Shown: positions 10,256 to 19,415 of the stretch, piece after piece
Layout: the number at the start of each line of letters is the position of its first letter
How positions within the stretch are numbered: position 1 is the stretch's first letter
Notes under the pieces: generated by a model
What the model saw: the letters and a program-made list of their open reading frames with translations, nothing else
Told to the model about the DNA's origin: nothing
Databases searched by the model: none
Virus record (IMG/VR): IMGVR_UViG_3300014208_000024
Location: 288,001-352,000 of that record
Strand: one strand, 5' to 3'
From: a virus
Lineage: Duplodnaviria; Caudoviricetes
Length of the DNA: 64,000 bases
Program-made: the position numbers and the translations under genes

Positions 10256-10921
10256 ATGAAAGTTTTAATCACAGCAGGTGGAACCCGTGAGCACATTGAT
10301 GAAGTTAGAGTTTTAACAAACATTAGTACTGGTAAACTTGGTGCTCAAATTGCAGACACATTTTCTTATAACAAAGACCTGGATAAGATATATTACATAT
10401 GCAGTAAAGGGTCACAAATTCCAGAGCGTCCAATTTATGATGTTCCAATAGAAATTATATATGCAGATAGTGTTCAGCAAGTTTACGAAACAATGGAAAA
10501 GCTTGTTCCAAAATGTGATGTCGTAATTCACTCCATGGCAATAAGTGACTTTGGATTTAAAACATCAAATATTAAACTAAAAAGTAATGATCCACAGGCT
10601 TTCATAGATTCCCTTAGAGAGCGTATAGTAGTTAATCCGAAGATTATATCGTTCATAAAGAAATGGAACCCTAAAACGAAGCTTGTTGGCTTTAAATTCG
10701 AAGTTGATAAAACACATGATGAATTGATTGAAATTGCGTTTGAATCTTTGTTAAGAAACGAATGTGATTTTGTTGTTGCAAACGACAAAAAAGAAATGAA
10801 AGATAAGAAAGATCACATAGCTTATATTATTGACAAAAACAAAAATGTCATTGAATGCTCTGGAAAACTTGATATATCACTAAAATTAGTAACCAAAGTA
10901 TTAAAAAAAATAAATCTATAA
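10256..10921 (+). CDS. coaB: Phosphopantothenate-cysteine ligase (CoaB)
   Basis: VLITAGGTRE.ID.VR.LTN.STGKLG, HSMAISDF, LVGFKFE, VVAND. Confidence 0.9.
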   Translation: MKVLITAGGTREHIDEVRVLTNISTGKLGAQIADTFSYNKDLDKIYYICSKGSQIPERPIYDVPIEIIYADSVQQVYETMEKLVPKCDVVIHSMAISDFGFKTSNIKLKSNDPQAFIDSLRERIVVNPKIISFIKKWNPKTKLVGFKFEVDKTHDELIEIAFESLLRNECDFVVANDKKEMKDKKDHIAYIIDKNKNVIECSGKLDISLKLVTKVLKKINL

Positions 10922-10923
10922 AA

Positions 10924-11155
10924 ATGAAAACAATAGTAAACAAAAAAGTCTGCAAAGAAATATTTGTAGATCAACTTGAAGGTAAAGAAATTGTTGCATA
11001 TAAATGTAAATCCATTGGGGGAATCAAATTCAAAACCAAGATATATGGAAAAAACTTGGTTTGAGTGTGTTCGTCTGGCATCTGAAAGCAGGGAACTTAA
11101 GATTTTTGACAGCATGGAGGAAATGATAAGCGCAATGTTTAATAAAATTTTTTAA
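10924..11155 (+). pseudogene. Frameshifted small gene
   Basis: ATG 10924 frame stops at 11064; a second overlapping frame (...SKPRYMEKTWFECVRL...FNKIF) ends at TAA 11155, coupled by TAATG to the next gene. Confidence 0.5.
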
Positions 11156-11736
11156 TGCAATTTCTAAAAGGAAAATACAAAGAGGTTTTACAAAAGGAAA
11201 AACATTCTCCATTTGGTTTTAATTCAGATATAGAAGATTATATCATAAGAAACGAGTTTAGAACTAAAGTAAGTTGGCATATCCCTTCTCAATCTCTTAT
11301 AAATGAGATGAAAAGGTTTTCTCCTATTGTTTCCGTTGGAGCTGGTCACGCTTATACTGAATTTTTTGCACAAAAGAAAGGGGTAGATATAATAGCAACA
11401 GATATACGTCCAGACGAAAAAAACTTGTGGTGCAAAGGAAAAAAAACATACATACCAGTTGAAAAAATTACAGATAGGAAAGCTGTGCTTAAATATAAAG
11501 ACAGAAATGTTTTTATGGCATGGCCCCCATATTGTCACCCCATGGCAACACAAGTTGCAAAAGCTATGAGACCAGGAAGGGTTTTAATATATGTTGGAGA
11601 AAGTCATGGTGGGTGTACGGCTGGAGATGATTTTTTTAGTTATGCAAGTAATAATTTAGAAAAATTAGAAACTGAAGTAAAGATCGAAAATTGGTTCGGC
11701 ATATATGATAAAGTTTTTTTATACGTTAAAAAATAA
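11155..11736 (+). CDS. SAM-dependent methyltransferase-like protein
   Basis: IVSVGAGHAY motif-I-like, ATDI, FMAWPPY, YVGE..GGCTAGDDFF. Confidence 0.65.
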   Translation: MQFLKGKYKEVLQKEKHSPFGFNSDIEDYIIRNEFRTKVSWHIPSQSLINEMKRFSPIVSVGAGHAYTEFFAQKKGVDIIATDIRPDEKNLWCKGKKTYIPVEKITDRKAVLKYKDRNVFMAWPPYCHPMATQVAKAMRPGRVLIYVGESHGGCTAGDDFFSYASNNLEKLETEVKIENWFGIYDKVFLYVKK

Positions 11737-11787
11737 TTGTTTTTGTAATAATTTTTTTCTATATTTGCATATTAATAAATTTTTTAT

Positions 11788-12657
11788 ATGTTTAAAGTTT
11801 TAGGAAAAAAAATTCACGATTTTTTATTTGGAACAAAAGATAAAGAAAAAATTGAAACTCCTACCCCGATTTTTTCTGCCAGTACAAACTTGTATAATAT
11901 ATTCCAAACAAAAGAAACTCAACAAACAGAAGAATTAGAATTTCCACAAGATGATCCAGAGTTTATTAAAAAGTGTAGAGCCGACGACGAAAATTGGGGA
12001 ATTATTAATCAAGTAAATACAGAAAAATTTGAAAGAAAATTGAATTTTAACGATCCTCTTTTGATAAAAGTTGTAAATATCGAAGAAAATCAAGATTCAA
12101 AAATATTCATTTCTCCAAAACAACTTTGTCAACATTTTAATTTAAAACCAAAACAGTTTTATGCTTGGGAAAAATCAGAAAACAAATTATATAACAAAAA
12201 ATATAAATTGGAGATCATAAGTTTTCCAATAGATAAAGAAAAATATTCTATTGAAAAAATAAATTACACAAAAATTTCTGACGAAGAGGGAAAATTAGAT
12301 ATCCATATAATTCCAAAAAAAGGAGTTCAATTTATTCAAACAGATTTTAAAGTTACACCAAGCGGAACATTCTTTGATTCTGGAACTCGTCTTGCAATAA
12401 GAATAAAAAACTTACGGAAAAGAAAATTTATAAGTGTTGCTGAGAAATGTCCAGAACTTATTAAAGAGTGGGATGAACTAAATAACGGAGTTTCAATAGA
12501 TAAAGTTCCTCATGCCTTAAAAGAAAAAGCATTTTGGATTTGTCAACACTGTGGTGCACGATACGAAAGACGTATTGATGATAGAACAAGAAATCCAAAA
12601 CCAGGTTGTACAAAATGTATAAGAAGAAAAAATAATAATAAAAATTATGAAATTTAA
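11788..12657 (+). CDS. Hypothetical protein with C-terminal zinc-ribbon (DUF4379-like) domain
   Basis: PELIKEWD..NN...K.FWIC..CG..Y...R......GC..C; TATATTTG promoter at 11760-11767. Confidence 0.7.
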   Translation: MFKVLGKKIHDFLFGTKDKEKIETPTPIFSASTNLYNIFQTKETQQTEELEFPQDDPEFIKKCRADDENWGIINQVNTEKFERKLNFNDPLLIKVVNIEENQDSKIFISPKQLCQHFNLKPKQFYAWEKSENKLYNKKYKLEIISFPIDKEKYSIEKINYTKISDEEGKLDIHIIPKKGVQFIQTDFKVTPSGTFFDSGTRLAIRIKNLRKRKFISVAEKCPELIKEWDELNNGVSIDKVPHALKEKAFWICQHCGARYERRIDDRTRNPKPGCTKCIRRKNNNKNYEI

Positions 12658-13444
12658 AGACGAACTCAGGCAAATTAAAAATATCAAAAAAGCTTATGTC
12701 CAATTATGGAAAGGCGATTTTGCAAACGAAGCAACTTATATTGCTTTTATGGGATGTGAATTTCTTAAGATTCCGACACAAAGATTTCACATAGAGGACA
12801 TGGGTACATTAGAAATTGACAAAGATACTGTGGTTTTTGGAGGAGTTACAGCTGTAAGAACTGGATTGTCAATGATTGGAGCAGAACTTCCAAAACCTCT
12901 TGATATTCCAGAAGAACTTTATCCATATACAAAAAGAAATATAAGATTGGGAACTATAAAATCTTTTATGGAAGAAAAAAATTTCCCACTTTTTGTTAAG
13001 CCAAGACTACCAAAATTGTTTACTGGAGCAGTTGTTTGTAGTGCTGAAGAATTAGAATTGTTCAAATATCTTCATACAGATGATTTGGACATGGAAATTA
13101 TGGCCTCTGATGTTGTTAAATTCGTTTCTGAATATAGAACATTTGTTTTGGAAGGACACCCTTATGATTGTAGAAAATATAGCGGAAATCACAGAATAAC
13201 ACCAGATTTCAATTTTATTGAAGAAACTATAAAAGCATATAAAACTGCGCCAGTGGCTTATGGTATTGACTTTGGAGTAACAGACAAAGGGGAAACTATG
13301 TTAATAGAAGCTAATGATGGTTACTCCCTGGGAACTTATGGCTTTGATTGCTATAATTATGTTAGAATGTGCATACTTCGCTGGAATCAAATTCTAAATA
13401 ATGAACAGTTTTTTAAAGAAGGTGATAAAATAGAAATTATGTAA
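12647..13444 (+). CDS. ATP-grasp domain protein (DUF4343/R2K-like)
   Basis: FVKP..PKLFTG, VSEYRTFV, IDFGV, LIEANDGYSLG. Confidence 0.8.
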   Translation: MKFKDELRQIKNIKKAYVQLWKGDFANEATYIAFMGCEFLKIPTQRFHIEDMGTLEIDKDTVVFGGVTAVRTGLSMIGAELPKPLDIPEELYPYTKRNIRLGTIKSFMEEKNFPLFVKPRLPKLFTGAVVCSAEELELFKYLHTDDLDMEIMASDVVKFVSEYRTFVLEGHPYDCRKYSGNHRITPDFNFIEETIKAYKTAPVAYGIDFGVTDKGETMLIEANDGYSLGTYGFDCYNYVRMCILRWNQILNNEQFFKEGDKIEIM

Positions 13445-13465
13445 CCTTTTTTGTTTTTTTTCGTA
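13440..13465 (+). promoter_or_regulatory. ECF-sigma-type promoter
   Basis: TGTAAC-N16-CGTA. Confidence 0.7.
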
Positions 13466-13492
13466 TAGTGTTAAAATTCAAAAAATATAATT

Positions 13493-13813
13493 ATGGCAAT
13501 TTCGTACATAGATGTAAAAGATGAATATGAGAAAAAAATGAATTCTCCTCTTTCACAACACGAACTTTCAGCTGTTGCTGAAATAGAAAAAATTATAGAC
13601 AATAAAATTCTTAAAAATTTTGATGATGGCGAATTAATGTTTTCCATAAGAGATGTAAATTTTAACACATTTCATCAAAGAAGATCAAAGCTCATGTTTT
13701 CTGAGCTCGAAAGAAGATATAAATCTGTTGGATGGAAAACAAGAATTTATAGTACCGATGATGATGGACCAAATCGCCCCAGCTTCACCTATTGGGTTTT
13801 ATTCGGAAAATAA
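13493..13813 (+). CDS. Hypothetical protein
   Basis: ORF downstream of an ECF-type promoter. Confidence 0.6.
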   Translation: MAISYIDVKDEYEKKMNSPLSQHELSAVAEIEKIIDNKILKNFDDGELMFSIRDVNFNTFHQRRSKLMFSELERRYKSVGWKTRIYSTDDDGPNRPSFTYWVLFGK

Positions 13814-13839
13814 TTATATAAATTTAAATTTTTAATTAT

Positions 13840-14313
13840 ATGAAAAAGATTATTCTTTTTTTAATTTCAACGTTTATTTTCAACTTTTGTTTTCCTCAAA
13901 ATTATATTGGAAAATGTTCCACTGAAATAATTGTGCAAGAAACGTGGTTGTTGAGCAAAGACTCTACTGAATCATGGGAAAAAAAGAATTTAAAAATAGA
14001 TGTTACAAGACTAAGGAAAGAGGGAAAAATGACAATTCACGATCCTGACAATTTTAAAGTAATTACATGCTATTTTCAAAAAGATACGTGCAATTCATTT
14101 ATGATTGTTTATTATAATCTTAATAGACCATATGTGGAGAAAATGTTAAAGAAAAAATATAACTATAACGGACAGGATTCTTGGATATGTTGTTCAGAAA
14201 ATAAACACATAGAATTATGTTTTATGGAAAATCCAGGAGAAATATTCGTTGTAGAAGTTTGTCATTATTTATCGTCAAATCAAATAATAAAAGAAGGAAA
14301 ATCAAAATTATAA
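13840..14313 (+). CDS. Hypothetical exported protein
   Basis: MKKIILFLISTFIFNFC signal-peptide-like N-terminus. Confidence 0.6.
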   Translation: MKKIILFLISTFIFNFCFPQNYIGKCSTEIIVQETWLLSKDSTESWEKKNLKIDVTRLRKEGKMTIHDPDNFKVITCYFQKDTCNSFMIVYYNLNRPYVEKMLKKKYNYNGQDSWICCSENKHIELCFMENPGEIFVVEVCHYLSSNQIIKEGKSKL

Positions 14314-14317
14314 AATT

Positions 14318-15511
14318 ATGCAATCACAACACATTAAACTAAATGAAATCATTTGGGAAATTACTGGAGAATGTCATAACGGATGTTCATATTGTGGATC
14401 AAAAGAAGTTTGTAAATTAAAAACAAGCCCAGAAACTATTTTAAAAATTGCTGAAGCAATTGCTCAATATCCACCAGAGCAAATTGACATAAGTGGCGGA
14501 GATCCAATTCTTATTGAATATTCAGTCCACAAACAGGTTGTCGATATTTTAAAGGAAAAAAAAGTGATTTGCAAAATTATTGTAAGTCCCAACTCTTTAA
14601 TTATTAATAATGAACCAAATGATAATGCATTCATGGTTATGCAATTTTATGATTGGATTGGAATATCTGTAAACAACAAAAAAGAACTCGAAAAATTTCA
14701 ATCATATCAATTATCTTGCGCTGGAATAAATAAGATAAAAAATTATACAGTTATTACAAACTTTAACATTCAAAACCTTTATGACTTTGATTTAATTGAA
14801 GAATTTGTAAAACAAAATGATAAAATATGGACAATACAATTCACTGTATACAACGATCCATCCAATCCATTGGCATTATATCACCCAGACAACGAAGCTG
14901 CTTTCAACACCTTGAAAGAAAAAGTGGAAAAAAGTACAGCGAAAATCATTCTTTCTGATAACATAAGAAACGACATTGGATGTGGAGCTGGAATTAATTC
15001 AATTGGAATCACTTCTGATGGAACAGTTATTCCTTGTCTATCAATGAGAAGCTGGACAAGCCCACTAAAAGAAAAAGGATTGTTTAATATTCTTTCAACG
15101 CCATTAGAAAAAATTTGGATAAATGGATTTAAAGCACAAAGATTTGGATGTTTTAAATGCTGCAAAGATGCATGCAATAACAAATTTTTGACACAGAAAA
15201 GTGATTTTGAAAAAAAGATGTTTGAGCTAGCTACTCCAACAATAGAGAACAAAGAAATGGATTGGAAAAAATTTCTTGAAGATCTTCAAAAACAAACACC
15301 ACCACAGCCACCATTTAGTCCAATGGAACAAACTGTTATGTACGCAGTACAATTTCCCAGACAACAACAAACTCTAATGTATGCAGTTCCATGCGGAAGA
15401 GGAAACGTATATGCTTATGCGGTTTTTATGGATAGAACTGTTTATGATAACTCTATTCCATTAGATTCTTCGACAAATATATCTTCAACCACCGAACCAG
15501 AAATAAAATGA
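14318..15511 (+). CDS. Radical SAM/SPASM-like protein with C-terminal xYAV repeats
   Basis: WEIT..CHNGCSYC (CxxxCxxC), ISGGDP, CGAG...GITSDG.V.PCLS, tail MYAV/MYAV/AYAV. Confidence 0.85.
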   Translation: MQSQHIKLNEIIWEITGECHNGCSYCGSKEVCKLKTSPETILKIAEAIAQYPPEQIDISGGDPILIEYSVHKQVVDILKEKKVICKIIVSPNSLIINNEPNDNAFMVMQFYDWIGISVNNKKELEKFQSYQLSCAGINKIKNYTVITNFNIQNLYDFDLIEEFVKQNDKIWTIQFTVYNDPSNPLALYHPDNEAAFNTLKEKVEKSTAKIILSDNIRNDIGCGAGINSIGITSDGTVIPCLSMRSWTSPLKEKGLFNILSTPLEKIWINGFKAQRFGCFKCCKDACNNKFLTQKSDFEKKMFELATPTIENKEMDWKKFLEDLQKQTPPQPPFSPMEQTVMYAVQFPRQQQTLMYAVPCGRGNVYAYAVFMDRTVYDNSIPLDSSTNISSTTEPEIK

Positions 15512-15801
15512 AAAAAGAAGACATAGAAAAAATACTTCCACTTTTCAAAAAATATTCTGATAGAGATTTTGATTCCGTTTATATAAAAGGACCAAAAAAA
15601 GCAGAATGGTATTTTCATAAAGGCGAAGATTATTTTCAAATTATAATATTCGAAGAAGATAATTCAGTTTATCAATTAGACACAGAGGCAGATACATTTG
15701 GAATAGAACTTGAAACCATAGAGTCTCTACAAATAAGATTTGAATCATTTACTGGGGAAAAATTAGAAAATATCGATCCATCTTGGGACGAAATAGAATA
15801 A
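15508..15801 (+). CDS. Small acidic hypothetical protein
   Basis: ORF overlapping the rSAM stop (ATGA); D/E-rich. Confidence 0.6.
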   Translation: MKKEDIEKILPLFKKYSDRDFDSVYIKGPKKAEWYFHKGEDYFQIIIFEEDNSVYQLDTEADTFGIELETIESLQIRFESFTGEKLENIDPSWDEIE

Positions 15802-15814
15802 AAAAACTAATTAA

Positions 15815-15840
15815 CCTAACTTTTATTTAATTTTCTCGTA
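15815..15840 (+). promoter_or_regulatory. ECF-sigma-type promoter
   Basis: CCTAAC-N16-CGTA. Confidence 0.65.
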
Positions 15841-15867
15841 TAACCCTATACAGAGAATAAAATAAAT

Positions 15868-16164
15868 ATGTATAGTTTTGAAATTACAAGGTTAATGGTG
15901 TTTACAAAAGAAAAATCAAAAATTAATGATTTTTTCATAAAATATAATCATTTCTTTGAGGAAATTTCTTCTATAAATAATTCGTTTTTAATCATTTCAA
16001 TACTTTCAAAACAAGAACTTGAAAGTTTGCTTGAAAAACATTTAAACAACTTTTGTGTATTTCAACTTGAAAAACAAACAATAAACGAATTGCTTGATAA
16101 AATATCAACAAGCGGGGAAGTTACATTAAGTGATAGAAAACAATTGAGTTATTTAACCAGATAA
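15868..16164 (+). CDS. Hypothetical protein
   Basis: ORF downstream of an ECF-type promoter. Confidence 0.55.
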   Translation: MYSFEITRLMVFTKEKSKINDFFIKYNHFFEEISSINNSFLIISILSKQELESLLEKHLNNFCVFQLEKQTINELLDKISTSGEVTLSDRKQLSYLTR

Positions 16165-16814
16165 GATAAAATTTCATCCTGCAGTTTTTCATCCACCTTT
16201 TCCATAAACCCATAAACATCATAACTTACATCTGGGTTGTTTTTTTTGTATATTCTTTCATTTTTCTCATCTACAATCCACTTGGTTCCATTTATAATTA
16301 CTATGTTTTCTTTTGGCTTTTCTACTGCAGCTACACTGGAACGAATTTTTGTTTGCAACCTAACCAAATCTTTTTCAGTTAAATTAAAATCAGATTTCTT
16401 TTCATTAATAATATAATCCTTAATTCTATCTATGGTTAAGTGTATTTGTGTGTTTTTTGGAACGTAATTCATATCACCAAACACAATAGTTTCTAAGTCA
16501 TTTGCCCTTATAACAACCCAAACAAACCTTCCTTCGGAATGTTCAACCTTTCCATCAATAACATTATGATATACATAAACACTTGGACCCTTTAACAAAA
16601 GAACTCCAACGTTATCTTGTCCTGGAAATCTTACTTTTTTTAAGAATTCAATTCCATTACGTACAACATCTTGTAGTTCTTTTTTTTCTTTGGTAAAATT
16701 AGTAAAATCACTTTGTAGTCTGTCAAAAATCCTTTGTTTAAAATGTCCCTTATCATTAGCCTCTAAAAAGTTGCTTACTATTTCTTTTATTATTTTTTTA
16801 ATTTTATCTTTCAT
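16149..16814 (-). CDS. Hypothetical late/virion-associated protein
   Basis: Start reassigned to ATG 16814 (MKDKIKKIIKE); TATTTATA on the minus strand at 16829-16836. Confidence 0.6.
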   Translation of the reverse strand: MKDKIKKIIKEIVSNFLEANDKGHFKQRIFDRLQSDFTNFTKEKKELQDVVRNGIEFLKKVRFPGQDNVGVLLLKGPSVYVYHNVIDGKVEHSEGRFVWVVIRANDLETIVFGDMNYVPKNTQIHLTIDRIKDYIINEKKSDFNLTEKDLVRLQTKIRSSVAAVEKPKENIVIINGTKWIVDEKNERIYKKNNPDVSYDVYGFMEKVDEKLQDEILSYLVK

Positions 16815-16847
16815 AAAATCACTTTTGTTATAAATATTAAAAAAAAT

Positions 16848-16873
16848 AGTAACTTTTATTAAAATTTTTCGTA
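16848..16873 (+). promoter_or_regulatory. ECF-sigma-type promoter
   Basis: AGTAAC-N16-CGTA. Confidence 0.7.
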
Positions 16874-16904
16874 TATAAAAAAAATTTATTAATAATATTT
16901 GAAA

Positions 16905-17516
16905 ATGAATTTTAGAGAACAATATGTAAATGAAACAAAATGTAAAATAGATTTTTGTAATGAATCTTTAATGAAATATATTGAATGGTTGGAAGGTTAC
17001 AAAAAAGAACCGCAAATTCTTTTATGGATAAAAAAAATGTTCGAACACGCAGAAAATAAACAGTGGTACGAAGTTTATTTTTCTTTTGATATTCATGGTA
17101 CAATTTCCGTCCCAGATTATAGAAAAGGAATTAAAAAAGATCCAAGCGAAATTAGTAAAGTTATTTATTATCCATATGCAAAAGAAACCTTACAACTACT
17201 TACTGAAACTCGTCCAGATATTATAAAAATACTATGGACATCTTCTTATCCAGAAGAATTAAAAGTATACAGAAAAACTTTTGAAAAAGACGGAATAATA
17301 TTCAAATATAACAATGAAAATCCAGAAATAGCAGATGCAAAGGGTAGTTTTGGTTTTTATGAAAGAAAATTTTATTTTAATGTACTTTGGGAAGATAAAT
17401 CTGGATTTGACCCAGAAACAGATTGGAAACCAATTTATGAATATTTCAAAAAAACAGATTATAGACCTAATCCAAAATGGTCAATGAAATATAAAGAAGA
17501 CTATCACAAAAGTTAA
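16905..17516 (+). CDS. HAD-like hypothetical protein
   Basis: FSFDIHGTI, ILWTSS, FNVLWEDKSGFDP. Confidence 0.55.
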   Translation: MNFREQYVNETKCKIDFCNESLMKYIEWLEGYKKEPQILLWIKKMFEHAENKQWYEVYFSFDIHGTISVPDYRKGIKKDPSEISKVIYYPYAKETLQLLTETRPDIIKILWTSSYPEELKVYRKTFEKDGIIFKYNNENPEIADAKGSFGFYERKFYFNVLWEDKSGFDPETDWKPIYEYFKKTDYRPNPKWSMKYKEDYHKS

Positions 17517-17560
17517 GTGTTTTAAAAAATTTGTAATATTTATTAATATAAATTAATATT

Positions 17561-17707
17561 ATGAATAAAAAAATTAAAAAAACATTTACATTAGACGAAA
17601 AGATATTTAATGAGTTTTCGATAATTGCCAACAAATTGTCTATCAACAAATCTAAATTTGTTGAAAATAAGATTATAGAATTTATAAAAATTAATAAACA
17701 TGAATAA
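17561..17707 (+). CDS. Small ribbon-helix-helix-like protein
   Basis: 48 aa, K.TFTLDE.IFNEF...A.KLSINKSKFVE..I; overlaps the start of the endonuclease gene. Confidence 0.55.
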   Translation: MNKKIKKTFTLDEKIFNEFSIIANKLSINKSKFVENKIIEFIKINKHE

Positions 17708-18515
17708 AGAATTTTATATTTATGTTTATTTAGATCCAAGAATAATTGGAGAATATAAATATGACAAATATATCTTTAATAATGAACCGTTTTATATAGG
17801 AAAAGGAAGTGGTTTAAGATTTAAAGATCATGTTAAAAAATCTAGGTTAGAGAATAATAAACAAAATTTTCTTAAAAATAGAAAAATAAAATCTATTTTA
17901 AAAGATAATTTGAATCCAATCATAAAAATTATATTTAAATCTACCAATGAAAAGATGGTGCTACTTGAAGAAATTAAAATAATTAAATTAATAGGAAGAA
18001 AAATATTAAATACTGGAACATTAACCAATTTAACTGACGGAGGAGATGGGTGTGAAAATAGATTTATTACTGAAGAGTTTAGAAAAAAACAATCAGACAT
18101 TATGAAAAGTTATTACAAAGCCCATCCACCAACTAAAGAAACAAATGATAAAATAAGCAAAACTTTGCTGAGTAGAAAAATAATTCGCAGCGAAGAAACA
18201 AAAAATAAAATTGGGGTCGCAAATAAAAATAGAAAATTTAGTGATGAATATATAAAAGTTTTAAAAAAAATTAGGAAAGGTCCAAAACTAACACATAGAA
18301 AACATTATAAACTAATATCTCCAGATAATATAATTTTTAATTTTTTAGGGAAAATAGAGTTGACTAAGTTTATTCATGAAAACAATCTTTCTGAAAGAAA
18401 ATTGTTTTCCAACACAAATAAAGGTGCAATTAAACTTAGTGACATCAGAAATGTTACAAATGTTGGGAAAATAAATACTAAAAATTGTGTTGGATGGCAA
18501 TTAATTAAAAAATAA
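17700..18515 (+). CDS. GIY-YIG-like homing endonuclease with NUMOD3-like repeats
   Basis: FYIYVYLDPR...FYIGKG, LTNLTDGGDG, ETK.KI repeats. Confidence 0.8.
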   Translation: MNKEFYIYVYLDPRIIGEYKYDKYIFNNEPFYIGKGSGLRFKDHVKKSRLENNKQNFLKNRKIKSILKDNLNPIIKIIFKSTNEKMVLLEEIKIIKLIGRKILNTGTLTNLTDGGDGCENRFITEEFRKKQSDIMKSYYKAHPPTKETNDKISKTLLSRKIIRSEETKNKIGVANKNRKFSDEYIKVLKKIRKGPKLTHRKHYKLISPDNIIFNFLGKIELTKFIHENNLSERKLFSNTNKGAIKLSDIRNVTNVGKINTKNCVGWQLIKK

Positions 18516-18518
18516 ATA

Positions 18519-18544
18519 CGCAACTTTTTTATTTTTTTCTCGTA
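18519..18544 (+). promoter_or_regulatory. ECF-sigma-type promoter
   Basis: CGCAAC-N16-CGTA. Confidence 0.65.
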
Positions 18545-18561
18545 TATAATGAAAAAATTAT

Positions 18562-18756
18562 ATGAAAAAAACTTGTTTAACAATCTCTCTTTGTTTATGG
18601 ATGATTTTTACATTCATCTTAGCATGCTCTGTTATTGGCTGGGTAGTTTTGTTACCTCAAATTAACTACACAAGCTATCATAAACATCAATCAGAATTAA
18701 GAAGCACCTGGATGAGAATTGGAATTGAATTAAAAGATAAACTTGTACAATCTTAA
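18562..18756 (+). CDS. Small membrane protein
   Basis: Long hydrophobic N-terminal segment. Confidence 0.55.
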   Translation: MKKTCLTISLCLWMIFTFILACSVIGWVVLLPQINYTSYHKHQSELRSTWMRIGIELKDKLVQS

Positions 18757-18757
18757 T

Positions 18758-19102
18758 ATGGTGAAATTTAAAATTCCAACTGGATTAGATAAAGATTCCG
18801 TTATTGGTAAACCAATTCTAGGTGAAAATTTAGATATACTTGGAACTATTATTGGTTATGATCCAATCAACGGGGATGTTTCTGTGGAAACAATTAAAGC
18901 GGCATGTAAAAAAACTTTATTTAAAGAAAATAAGACAATAGGAGTTTCTAGTCGAGCAGTCGATGAAAACAATCCAGAAAAAATAAAAAGAATTATTGAG
19001 GAAATTGATTCTCTTTCAAAAGAATATAAAATGGAAATACTTGGAAAATATTGTCACTATTGCGGTGGAGATGCCCCTTGCCAATGTTGGAATGATGATT
19101 AA
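18758..19102 (+). CDS. Hypothetical protein with C-terminal CxxC...CxC motif
   Basis: Start at ATG 18758 after the upstream stop. Confidence 0.55.
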   Translation: MVKFKIPTGLDKDSVIGKPILGENLDILGTIIGYDPINGDVSVETIKAACKKTLFKENKTIGVSSRAVDENNPEKIKRIIEEIDSLSKEYKMEILGKYCHYCGGDAPCQCWNDD

Positions 19103-19118
19103 AATTAAATCAAAAAAT

Positions 19119-19409
19119 ATGAACGCACAGAAAAAAATTGATCAGCTTAAGAATGAAATAAAACAGCTGGAAGAAACTCAAAGAAGTTGTCGTCACGATT
19201 TCGCAGATCCCATATATGATCCAGAAGAAGTATCTGTACAAGATGATCATGCTGGATACGAAGTGCATGGAGTTGACAGATGGCCCGTTTTGTCCTTTCA
19301 TAAAGAATACAAAAACAGATGGAGCAGAGAGTGTAAAAATTGCGGCCACAAAGAATATACATATAAAAATACTCCTGTTATAAAAGAATACAAACCTGAT
19401 TTTTCTTAA
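19119..19409 (+). CDS. Hypothetical Zn-binding protein
   Basis: C.H...C..CG motifs; start at ATG 19119. Confidence 0.55.
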   Translation: MNAQKKIDQLKNEIKQLEETQRSCRHDFADPIYDPEEVSVQDDHAGYEVHGVDRWPVLSFHKEYKNRWSRECKNCGHKEYTYKNTPVIKEYKPDFS

Positions 19410-19415
19410 ACAAAT

